Source: Pseudomonadota bacterium (lineage in GTDB: Bacteria; Desulfobacterota; JADFVX01). From it: a stretch of DNA of 15,163 nucleotides. Shown here one piece after another: positions 6,983 to 14,079 of the stretch. Position 1 is the stretch's first letter. The number at the start of each line of letters is the position of its first letter. The position numbers were made by a program, and so were the translations under genes. Below the pieces are notes generated by a model. The model worked only from the letters and a program-made list of their open reading frames with translations. It searched no databases and was not told the DNA's origin. The DNA is taken from positions 1-15,163 of the forward strand of contig JADFVM010000214.1 of assembly GCA_015222555.1 (NCBI GenBank), written 5' to 3'.

Positions 6983-7806
6983 TTTTTTTGCAGCCTCCTC
7001 TCTTTAATAATTCCAAGATCAACAAGTTTTTTTATTGTTGATTCCTCTCCATTTTCCATAGATACGCTCCCCATTATGATGCCTTTCCTTTTGCAGTCAT
7101 CTATTTTTTTAAAACCCTCCAGAAGAATATGATGCATTGGTTTGTTTATGCTTTGAAGATCAGTTGGAGCTCCCATTTCAATTGAAAAGGTCCCCTCATT
7201 CCAGGCAAGCATATGAAAAAATGCATCTTCTCCGATTAAGGAACCATAATGAACATGAACAACCTTTCCATTCTTGATAAATACACTGCCCTTCTTTTCT
7301 CCTTTCGACAGGTGAACTGTCACTGTCTTGTTATTCATGTGCATCATCTGGATAATATCCGTCAGATTCATATTCTTCAATGATCCCCATATCCCTGATT
7401 CATCACCACCCAAAAGAGTTTTTGTTTGTTTCATCTTCTCAAAACATCCTTTGATCCGTGCGTGCAGTATTTTTTTTACAAAAGGCTTTTTGATGAAATC
7501 ATCTGCACCACATTCAAAGGAAGTGACCTCATCGGAGATCTCAATGTTGGAGGTCAAAAAGAAAAAGAGTATATCTGAAAGGTCCGGTCTCTGCTTAATG
7601 CTCTTGCAAAGTTCCCAGCCATTCCTATCAAGAAGGTCTACCTCAGAGATTACCATGTCAGGTCTATTTTTTTCGATCATTTTCAGAGCGACATTTCCAT
7701 TATCGGTAGTTTCAACATCATAAGCGGATGAAATCAGAAATGTTTTCAAACTTTCCAATCCCTTCAAATCCTGGTCAACAAGTAGTATGCTGATCTTGTT
7801 ATCCAT
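6979..7806 (-). CDS. Response-regulator-like protein with a REC receiver domain plus a C-terminal DUF4388 domain. The receiver looks atypical, with Glu at the phospho-acceptor position.
   Basis: ATG at 7806 with a GGGGA SD. The segment DMVISEVDLLDRNGWEL aligns with CheY DFVISDWNMPNMDGLEL, placing E where the phosphorylated Asp sits. The T/S (FFLTSN) and K (IKKPF) positions are conserved. The C-terminal NLTDIIQMM...GEDAFFHMLAWNEGTFSIE matches the DUF4388 pattern. The stop overlaps the downstream ATG. Confidence 0.85.
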   Translation of the reverse strand: MDNKISILLVDQDLKGLESLKTFLISSAYDVETTDNGNVALKMIEKNRPDMVISEVDLLDRNGWELCKSIKQRPDLSDILFFFLTSNIEISDEVTSFECGADDFIKKPFVKKILHARIKGCFEKMKQTKTLLGGDESGIWGSLKNMNLTDIIQMMHMNNKTVTVHLSKGEKKGSVFIKNGKVVHVHYGSLIGEDAFFHMLAWNEGTFSIEMGAPTDLQSINKPMHHILLEGFKKIDDCKRKGIIMGSVSMENGEESTIKKLVDLGIIKERRLQKK

Positions 7807-7889
7807 ACAATCCCCGTGAGAAAAGAATTGATTGAGCGGGCTAAAAGAAGTATCCGGAACTCAATGAATCGACTAAAATTGAGGGAGTG

Positions 7890-7931
7890 AATGAAGTGCT
7901 ATCACCAATTAATGAAGTGATATCGCCATTT
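7890..7931. promoter_or_regulatory. Tandem 21-bp direct repeat (two copies, 18/21 identical). Each copy contains a near-palindrome GTGNTATCNC. This is a candidate operator upstream of the REC-DUF4388 / GAF-GGDEF operon.
   Basis: Copy 1 is 7890-7910 AATGAAGTGCTATCACCAATT. Copy 2 is 7911-7931 AATGAAGTGATATCGCCATTT. The palindrome centres are 21 bp apart, which is two helical turns. The repeats lie 84-125 bp upstream of the start codon at 7806. Confidence 0.4.
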
Positions 7932-7989
7932 AATCTAGTATTAAAGATAGTAGATTTAGTCCCTAGAGAAAACTCGAATAACGCAAAAA

Positions 7990-8021
7990 GAGACACTCCC
8001 TGTATCTCTATATTTTTTTCA
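7990..8021. terminator. Weak bidirectional terminator-like hairpin flanked by T and A runs.
   Basis: GAGACA (7990-7995) pairs with TATCTC (8003-8008) with one mismatch, then TATATTTTTTT follows on the plus strand. The minus-strand reading has TTTTTG after the stem. It lies between the transposase relic and the regulator operon. Confidence 0.25.
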
Positions 8022-8142
8022 GCGACAAATACATCCCCTGTTTTAACTTAACGTGATTTAAATGCAATTTTCGTGCTAAATTCATAACACCATGATTTTA
8101 ATGTAAATTATTTTAAGCGCCCAAAAAATATTGTGAAAATAA

Positions 8143-8449
8143 ATGGAAAATGTAAAAAATCCTGACATATTTATATGGGTGCATTTAAAAAAGCTGAATT
8201 TTCAAAAGATCTTCCTAAAACAGAGGAACATTCAAATAGCCACATCAATAAAGGAGAGCGTTGTATCTGGCAACGCCGTTATTGGGAACATTCATTGCGA
8301 AATGGAGAAAATTTCATTCGATATCTTGAATATATCCATTATAATCCTGAAAACATGGATATGTCAGTCAAGTTAAAGAGCGGCCATACTCAAGTTTTCA
8401 TCGTTTTGTAAATGAAGGAAAATATCCTTTGAATTGGGCAGGCTATTAA
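8143..8449 (+). pseudogene. Degraded REP-associated tyrosine transposase (RAYT / IS200-like Y1 transposase) with two frameshifts and no N-terminal HuH region.
   Basis: Frame 0 from 8193 reads AEFSKDLPKTEEHSNSHINKGERCIWQRRYWEHSLRNGENFIRYLEYIHYNP. This matches the RAYT C-terminal consensus (FSRxLP...KGERxIWQRRFWEH...DYIHxNPVKHG). After a 1-nt deletion near 8347-8351 another frame continues KHGYVSQVKERPYSSFHRFVNEGKYPLNWAGY, the expected continuation. Upstream, WVHLKK (a RWRLIK-like motif) is in a third frame, joined across an A6 run at 8187-8192. No HxH motif remains. Confidence 0.7.
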
Positions 8450-8725
8450 AGTCATAAAATCGGTTGTTTTGGGGAATAATATTGTGATTGGTTTCACTTC
8501 GTTTCACCCATGCTACGCTTGATGCATTTAACCGGTTTCAAAAACGTGCAGGTAAAATTGTGATGTAAGCCTCACTTTTAACCAGAAATCATTAAAATTT
8601 CTATATATCGAATTTGTTTAGTCGTAGGTGACATCCTCAACGGTGAAGTTCTTCCTCTCAGAATAATTTTCTCCTGAAAATTAGTAAATTTCTATTGATA
8701 CGCTGCTCATAATGTTGAAATTACT

Positions 8726-8755
8726 TTGCCAGGCTGTCTTATCTTTTGTTATATT
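8726..8755 (+). promoter_or_regulatory. Candidate sigma70-type promoter for the SPFH gene.
   Basis: TTGCCA at 8726-8731, an 18-nt spacer with TG at -15/-14, then TATATT at 8750-8755. This lies ~28 nt upstream of the ATG at 8783. Confidence 0.4.
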
Positions 8756-8782
8756 GCTGGTCAAACTAAGCGGGAGAGTATT

Positions 8783-9796
8783 ATGGCTATTTTTGATGGG
8801 ATTAAAAGACAGCTTCGTTCAGTAATCGAATGGAACAACCCTGATCCGGATGATTTGTTTTGCCGCTGGAGCGATAATGGCGACGAGATAAAGAATGCAT
8901 CGAAACTTATTGTTAACCCCGGCCAGGGCTGTGTATTTGTCTATGAGGGGGATGTAAAGGCAGTTGTTACAAAAAAGGGGATTGCCAACCTGAAAACTGC
9001 GAATATCCCTTTCTGGACGACGGTGAAAAAGTTTATGCAGTTCTTTGAAAGCGAACATAAAGTGGGGATTTATTTTTTTAAGACAACCAGGATACTCAAT
9101 CAGAAATGGGGCACCAGCTCCGTTATTAAATATGAAGATCCCCAATATAAGTTTCCTGTGGGGTTAAAGGCTTACGGGAATTACAGCTTTAAGATTGAAA
9201 AACCTGATTTTTTCTTCACAAACATCGTGGGAGTAAGGGACCACTTTTCGGCAACAGAATTTAAAGATGTTATGAATGGCAGGATAGTCCAGCCATTAAC
9301 AGACTATATGGCCGAGTCCAGGTTTTCCTATGCCGAAATCGATGCCGCGCGCGAGGAACTCTCCAAAGGGATTCATGAAAAAATAAACGCCGATTTTGAC
9401 AAACTCGGCTTCGATATTACTGATTTTAGAATCGAAGGGACCAATTTCGACGATAATACGGAAGAACGCATTAACCGGATAGCAAATGTGACAGCAGAAG
9501 TCCATGCAGCTGCTAAAGCTGGCATTAACTATACGGAGCTTCAAAAGCTTGAAGCGATGCGGGAAGCGGCAAAAAACGAAGGGGGCGGGGCCGGTGTTGG
9601 TATGGGGATAGGCGCCGGAATCGGATTTGGCCAGATGATGACTGACACCCTTAATCCTGGGAAAGGTCAACCCGCTTCACCGGAAAAAGGGGACCCCATT
9701 GTTCTACTCAAAAAACTTAAAGACATGCTCGATGCTGATCTTATTAAACAAGAAGAATATGATTTTAAGAAGAAGGAGATACTGGACAGAATGTAA
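8783..9796 (+). CDS. SPFH (band-7/flotillin-like) domain protein with a C-terminal SHOCT domain, of the B. subtilis YdjI type (COG4260-like).
   Basis: ATG at 8783 with a GGGAGAG SD. The N-terminus MAIFDGIKRQLRSVIEWNNPDPDDLFCRW...LIVNPGQGCVFVYEGDV is typical of YdjI-like SPFH proteins. There is a Gly-rich linker. The C-terminus PIVLLKKLKDMLDADLIKQEEYDFKKKEIL matches the SHOCT pattern. The ORF track start at 8726 (TTG) overlaps the promoter. Confidence 0.85.
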   Translation: MAIFDGIKRQLRSVIEWNNPDPDDLFCRWSDNGDEIKNASKLIVNPGQGCVFVYEGDVKAVVTKKGIANLKTANIPFWTTVKKFMQFFESEHKVGIYFFKTTRILNQKWGTSSVIKYEDPQYKFPVGLKAYGNYSFKIEKPDFFFTNIVGVRDHFSATEFKDVMNGRIVQPLTDYMAESRFSYAEIDAAREELSKGIHEKINADFDKLGFDITDFRIEGTNFDDNTEERINRIANVTAEVHAAAKAGINYTELQKLEAMREAAKNEGGGAGVGMGIGAGIGFGQMMTDTLNPGKGQPASPEKGDPIVLLKKLKDMLDADLIKQEEYDFKKKEILDRM

Positions 9797-9837
9797 AGGT
9801 CTTATCAACTAATTCATTTTATTGTCCTTCATTTGCT

Positions 9838-10518
9838 ATGCCCAATTGTACACACTGTTCAGCCCCTATGCCTGTTCACACGACTATCTGTAAATATTGC
9901 AGTACCCGCAATGACGTGGACCTCAAGGGCATCCACGAGTATACCGTCACAAAACCGGACTCAGAAAGGATTTGCCCCGCGTGCAGCATCTCTATGCAAA
10001 CCATCAATGTCGCAGGGGATGGGAAATACTATATAGAGCGGTGTGATAAATGTATGGGTCTTTTTTTTGATCCCGCTGAGTTGGAGGCCCTCATAGACAA
10101 GAGTGTCATCAACGTCTTTCGAATCGACTACAAAGGCTTGGACAAGATCATCAAAGACCGTTCCCGCCAGTCTACAAATATTCAGTATGTTAAATGTCCC
10201 GTCTGCTCAAAGATAATGAACAGGCTTAATTTTGCCAAAAGGAGCGGCGTCATTATAGACCGGTGCAAAGCGCATGGGATATGGCTTGAGGGCGGCCAGT
10301 TAAAGCAACTGATGGAATGGAGAAAAGCTGGTGGCAGACTACTGCATGATAAAAGAGTGGAGGAAGAAAAAAAGAGAACGTCAAAAAAAACTGCAACAAG
10401 TAAAAGAACGCCTTTCCAGTCCCCCTACGATGCCGGCACAACAAATCTACACAACACTGATCTCAATAATGATCTTTTCTCTACTGTTTCAAGTGTTATC
10501 TTCAATTTATTTAAGTAA
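9838..10518 (+). CDS. Zinc-ribbon protein with an N-terminal CxxC...CxxC ribbon, two TFIIB-type zinc-finger repeats and a Lys-rich tail. It is a YdjG-like partner of the SPFH protein.
   Basis: The start reads NCTHCSAPMPVHTTICKYC. Repeat 1 is CPACSISMQTINVAGDGKYYIERCDKCMGLFFDPAELEAL. Repeat 2 is CPVCSKIMNRLNFAKRSGVIIDRCKAHGIWLEGGQLKQL. It sits 41 nt downstream of the SPFH gene. There is no clear SD at the ATG 9838. The C-terminal region is A-rich with A7 and A8 tracts (see findings). Confidence 0.75.
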   Translation: MPNCTHCSAPMPVHTTICKYCSTRNDVDLKGIHEYTVTKPDSERICPACSISMQTINVAGDGKYYIERCDKCMGLFFDPAELEALIDKSVINVFRIDYKGLDKIIKDRSRQSTNIQYVKCPVCSKIMNRLNFAKRSGVIIDRCKAHGIWLEGGQLKQLMEWRKAGGRLLHDKRVEEEKKRTSKKTATSKRTPFQSPYDAGTTNLHNTDLNNDLFSTVSSVIFNLFK

Positions 10519-10548
10519 GAGCAAATTAAGGTTAAGAATCACGCCACA

Positions 10549-10577
10549 GGAGTTCCGGGGCCACAATACCGAACTCC
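10549..10577 (+). terminator. Candidate hairpin downstream of the zinc-ribbon gene (GGAGTTC / GAACTCC).
   Basis: Perfect 7-bp inverted repeat with a 15-nt loop. The T-run (GTGTTTTG) starts about 10 nt after the stem, so this is weak as an intrinsic terminator. It would lie inside the alternative-frame ORF if that frame is real. Confidence 0.2.
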
Positions 10578-10771
10578 CAATAATTCAGTGTTTTGTCCCC
10601 AGAATTCCACACTTGACTATTGACTTTGTGTGATACAGCCATAAAGGATAGTGGCATACTCCTCACTTTCAACCACTAATCCTCAAATTAACCCAGCATG
10701 AAAATTGTTTAGTAGTAGGGTACTGAAACAAATAACCCACCATCTCGTAACGAGACCGTCATCTAAAAACT

Positions 10772-13762
10772 CTACTCTATCTCCGGTGCAAAGCCCCTCC
10801 TCAAACTGTTTTCCGTAATACACTTTGGGTTCATAAAGTGAAGGAGATAATCCTTCCCGCCCGCCTTGGAACCAAGGCCGGACATACCGAATCCGCCAAA
10901 GGGCTGCCGACCCACCAGGGCGCCTGTGATCTTACGGTTAATATAGAGATTGCCCACCATCAATTTATGACTTGCCTTATTGATATTTAAAGGACTTCTT
11001 GAAAAGATGCCCCCTGTCAGTGCATAGGCTGTGGCGTTGGCTATCTCAATGGCATGGTCTATATCTTTTGCCTTGATCACTGACAGGACAGGCCCGAAAA
11101 TCTCCTCAGTGGCCAGTCGGCTATCGGGCGTGACATCACTGAATATGGCGGGACTTGCAAAATATCCCTCGTCAGGGACAGATTCGCAGAGATAGGAAAG
11201 TGTCGCTTCTCCTTTTCCTATCTCGATATATTTATTAATCTTATGGAGAGCAGAACTGTCGATGACAGGCCCCATGATATTACCGGGAATTTCGGGTGAA
11301 CCGATGGTGATACTTTTTACCGCTTCTTTCAACCGCTCCAGAAAGGCATCGTAAACCTCCTCCAAAACGATTGCCCGTGAACAGGCAGAACATTTCTGGC
11401 CCTGAAAACCGAGATAGGAATCGATGACACCCTTGATCGCCTCGTCCAGATCGGCGCTTCCGTCGACGATGATGGCATTTTTCCCGCCCATCTCGGCAAT
11501 GACCTTCTTCACGTTTTTCTGGCCCGGCAGGGTTTTCCCCGCCCGTTCTACAATACCAAGGCCCACCTCCATGGAGCCGGTGAAGGCAATAATATCTGTA
11601 GCAACATTTTCTACCAGACAGTCTCCTACCTCACGCCCCGGCCCCGGCAGGAACTGCAAAACTCCCTTTGGCAGGCCGGCCGCCTCAAAGGATTCCATCA
11701 GCTTATAGGCAGTGACTGGCGACTGACTGGAGGGTTTTAAAATGACGCTGTTTCCTGACACCAGCGCGGCAGCGGTCATGCCGCAGGCGATGGCCAGGGG
11801 AAAGTTCCAGGGTGAGATGACGGCACAGACACCCCGCGGCAGATAATAGTGATAGTTCACTTCGCCCGGCAGATCGCCCAGCCGCTCCGGCCGGGACAGG
11901 CGCACCATCTCTTCACCATAATAGTTTAGAAAATCAATCGCTTCAGCCACGTCGGCATCGGCCTCACGCCAGTTTTTTCCAACTTCAAGAACCTGAAGCG
12001 CCGCAATTTCAATTTTCCTTTCCTCAATCCAGTTGGCGGCATCAAAGAGATAGTTTGCCCGAACCTGGGGATCGGTATTGCGCCATTCGTCAATTGTTGC
12101 CCGCGCTATTTTGACGGCCTTTTCCGCATCTTCCCGAGAGGCGGAAGAGACGATGCCCACGACCTCTTCAACTTTGGCAGGATTCCTCGAAATGATTTCA
12201 TCATCCGTCAAGACCTTCTCCCCACCAATGACACAGGGAATCTTATCCCGCGTTGCCGACTCCTCTCTTACTGTGACAAGGGCAGCCCTGAAGCTCTCCC
12301 GCATCTCTTCCTTTGAAAAATCGGTAAGCGGCAGATTGCAAAAGGCTGTGAATTCCCCTCTTCTCGTCTCCCCTCTTCCTTCTTCTCCAGCCCCGATCCT
12401 TTCTTCCTTCCCATGAACGGTTATTTCGGGCTTAGCCATGAGGGCATCAAAATCAACATCGTCGGCAAAGGACTGCCGCAAGAAAGACTCATTGGACGTG
12501 TTTTCAAGGAGGCGCCGCACGAGATAGGCCATGCCGGGTAAAGACTCGCCAACGGGCATATATTCCCGGACTCGATAGCCGAGATTAGTAACGGCCCGTT
12601 TCACAGGTTCCGCCATGCCGAACAGGGCCTGGAATTCTATCCCCTCTTTCGGGATGGCCTTGCTTTCTGCATAAGCCATTGCATGGGCAATACTTCTCAC
12701 ATTGTGGCTTGCAATGGCCGGCCTGATGACGTCGATGTTATCTAAAAGCAATCGTGTCATCTCTTCAAAATTGCTGTCCGTTTCAACCTTGGTCTCATAA
12801 ACAGGAATGGGCCAGCTTTTTTGCCTGTTGATTACCTTTTCATAATCCCAGTAGGCGCCTTTGACAAGGCGCACACTGATGGTCTTTTTGTGCTCTCTTG
12901 CCCAATTGATCAGCTCCTTCAGGTCGTCTCCGCAATCTTTAAGATAGGTCTGTATGGCGATCCCTGCAAAGTTAAAGTCATCATATTCCTCAAGCATGCT
13001 TTTAAAAATAGCCCGCGTAATATCCTTGAGCTGGTAATGCTCCATATCAAAGGTAATAGAAATACCCCCATTCATGGCTTTTTCAAAAATAGGACGAAGC
13101 CCTTTTTTAACCTCTTCAATGGATCCGTCAAAGTCGAGGGGATCAAGATTCGAATAGAATGAAGATATTTTTAGAGAAATGTTAACACGAGGTATCATCC
13201 CAACACTGTTTTGGTCAAGAATTTTTACCTCCGGCCAGCTGTTGACAATTTCATTCAACCTGCCTATGAGGGTAAGGTATCTCTCCTGATAAATCCTGGC
13301 TTCCTCATCGCTCAATACCGCTTCGCCAAGAAGATCAACGGTGAAGGTCCTGCCCTCCTTTCTTAGAGTCTCAATCGGTTTCAAGACAGCTTTGCTGTTT
13401 TCGCCGGCGATAAACTGCTTTGCCAGAGATTCCATGTTCATTTTGAGCGTTTTACCGGCAATCCTTCCCAGCAGGCCTTTTTCCGGCATCCAGCGCTTCA
13501 GGCTTTTAGGCAGAAGATCTTCCTTGCCATAAAAATATTCCTTCAGAAGTTTCAGCACATCACTGTCTGACCTTAAGGAAGGCAGCACATCAATAAAACG
13601 AAAGAGCTGTACCTTGAAGCGTTCATCTTTCATGGCCCAGGCCATCAGTTTGCCGCTCCAGTGTGACCTGTCAAAAAAGGAAGGGATGTCGCCTTTGATG
13701 GCCTTAAATATCTCCCCGCCGATGTCTTCGATTTCTTTTTCCAGTGCTGAATTTTCAGACAC
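10772..13762 (-). CDS. putA: Bifunctional proline dehydrogenase / L-glutamate gamma-semialdehyde (P5C) dehydrogenase. This is a PutA-type fused enzyme with no N-terminal DNA-binding domain.
   Basis: The N-terminal half has the PRODH TIM-barrel motifs (ISITFDMEHYQLKDI...AGIAIQTYLKDC...RLVKGAYWDYE). The C-terminal half is ALDH-like, with the catalytic EMGGKNAIIVD and FQGQKCSACSRA. I place the start at the in-frame GTG 13762, which has an AAGGAG SD 6 nt upstream. The ORF track ATG at 13786 has no SD, and its first codons are encoded by the SD itself. Confidence 0.9.
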   Translation of the reverse strand: MSENSALEKEIEDIGGEIFKAIKGDIPSFFDRSHWSGKLMAWAMKDERFKVQLFRFIDVLPSLRSDSDVLKLLKEYFYGKEDLLPKSLKRWMPEKGLLGRIAGKTLKMNMESLAKQFIAGENSKAVLKPIETLRKEGRTFTVDLLGEAVLSDEEARIYQERYLTLIGRLNEIVNSWPEVKILDQNSVGMIPRVNISLKISSFYSNLDPLDFDGSIEEVKKGLRPIFEKAMNGGISITFDMEHYQLKDITRAIFKSMLEEYDDFNFAGIAIQTYLKDCGDDLKELINWAREHKKTISVRLVKGAYWDYEKVINRQKSWPIPVYETKVETDSNFEEMTRLLLDNIDVIRPAIASHNVRSIAHAMAYAESKAIPKEGIEFQALFGMAEPVKRAVTNLGYRVREYMPVGESLPGMAYLVRRLLENTSNESFLRQSFADDVDFDALMAKPEITVHGKEERIGAGEEGRGETRRGEFTAFCNLPLTDFSKEEMRESFRAALVTVREESATRDKIPCVIGGEKVLTDDEIISRNPAKVEEVVGIVSSASREDAEKAVKIARATIDEWRNTDPQVRANYLFDAANWIEERKIEIAALQVLEVGKNWREADADVAEAIDFLNYYGEEMVRLSRPERLGDLPGEVNYHYYLPRGVCAVISPWNFPLAIACGMTAAALVSGNSVILKPSSQSPVTAYKLMESFEAAGLPKGVLQFLPGPGREVGDCLVENVATDIIAFTGSMEVGLGIVERAGKTLPGQKNVKKVIAEMGGKNAIIVDGSADLDEAIKGVIDSYLGFQGQKCSACSRAIVLEEVYDAFLERLKEAVKSITIGSPEIPGNIMGPVIDSSALHKINKYIEIGKGEATLSYLCESVPDEGYFASPAIFSDVTPDSRLATEEIFGPVLSVIKAKDIDHAIEIANATAYALTGGIFSRSPLNINKASHKLMVGNLYINRKITGALVGRQPFGGFGMSGLGSKAGGKDYLLHFMNPKCITENSLRRGFAPEIE

Positions 13763-14004
13763 GCTTTTCTCCTTTCTCTTCCCCATCGATATTTAGCACA
13801 TATCACCATGATTAGTATACACAACTTTTGGGGCAAATGAGAAGAGACTGGCTTTTAAAATGCCAGGAATAAAGGAGAGGTTTAATCGCTGTAAAGGCTG
13901 CCTCTCATACATCGCTCATTCCCCTTCGTGGCTGCGAGCAGGCTAAGGGTAGATACGCCACCAACCATACGTGCAGACTGCTTTTTTTCACACCCCTTAA
14001 GCAC

Positions 14005-14033
14005 CCATAATCTACTTGACAGGCAAGGACTTA
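14005..14033 (+). promoter_or_regulatory. Candidate sigma70-type promoter for pgpA-cinA.
   Basis: TTGACA at 14005-14010, a 17-nt spacer, then TACTAT at 14028-14033. This lies ~46 nt upstream of the pgpA start. Confidence 0.4.
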
Positions 14034-14079
14034 ACAACTACTATTTCAGGGGGAAAATATAGTATTTCGGAGTTTTTTT

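Noticed and set aside
7328-7723. 131-aa plus-strand ORF inside the response-regulator gene.
   Set aside because: It is an antisense shadow ORF.
8819-9670. Minus-strand ORFs of 108 and 124 aa inside the SPFH gene.
   Set aside because: They are antisense shadow ORFs.
9833-10036. 67-aa ORF overlapping the start of the zinc-ribbon gene in another frame.
   Set aside because: The zinc-ribbon frame has clear Cys4 and TFIIB-type motifs, and this one has none.
11424-13532. Plus-strand ORFs of 94-113 aa inside putA, and the minus-strand ORF at 13645-13836 overlapping its start.
   Set aside because: They are antisense or out-of-frame shadows of a highly conserved gene.
13860-13946. 28-codon ORF with RCKGC in the putA/pgpA intergenic region.
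   Set aside because: It is too short, has no SD, and nothing supports it.
13973-13988. GCAGACTGC followed by T7 in the putA/pgpA intergenic region, considered as an intrinsic terminator.
   Set aside because: The palindrome leaves a 1-nt loop and cannot form a hairpin. It is not a credible terminator.
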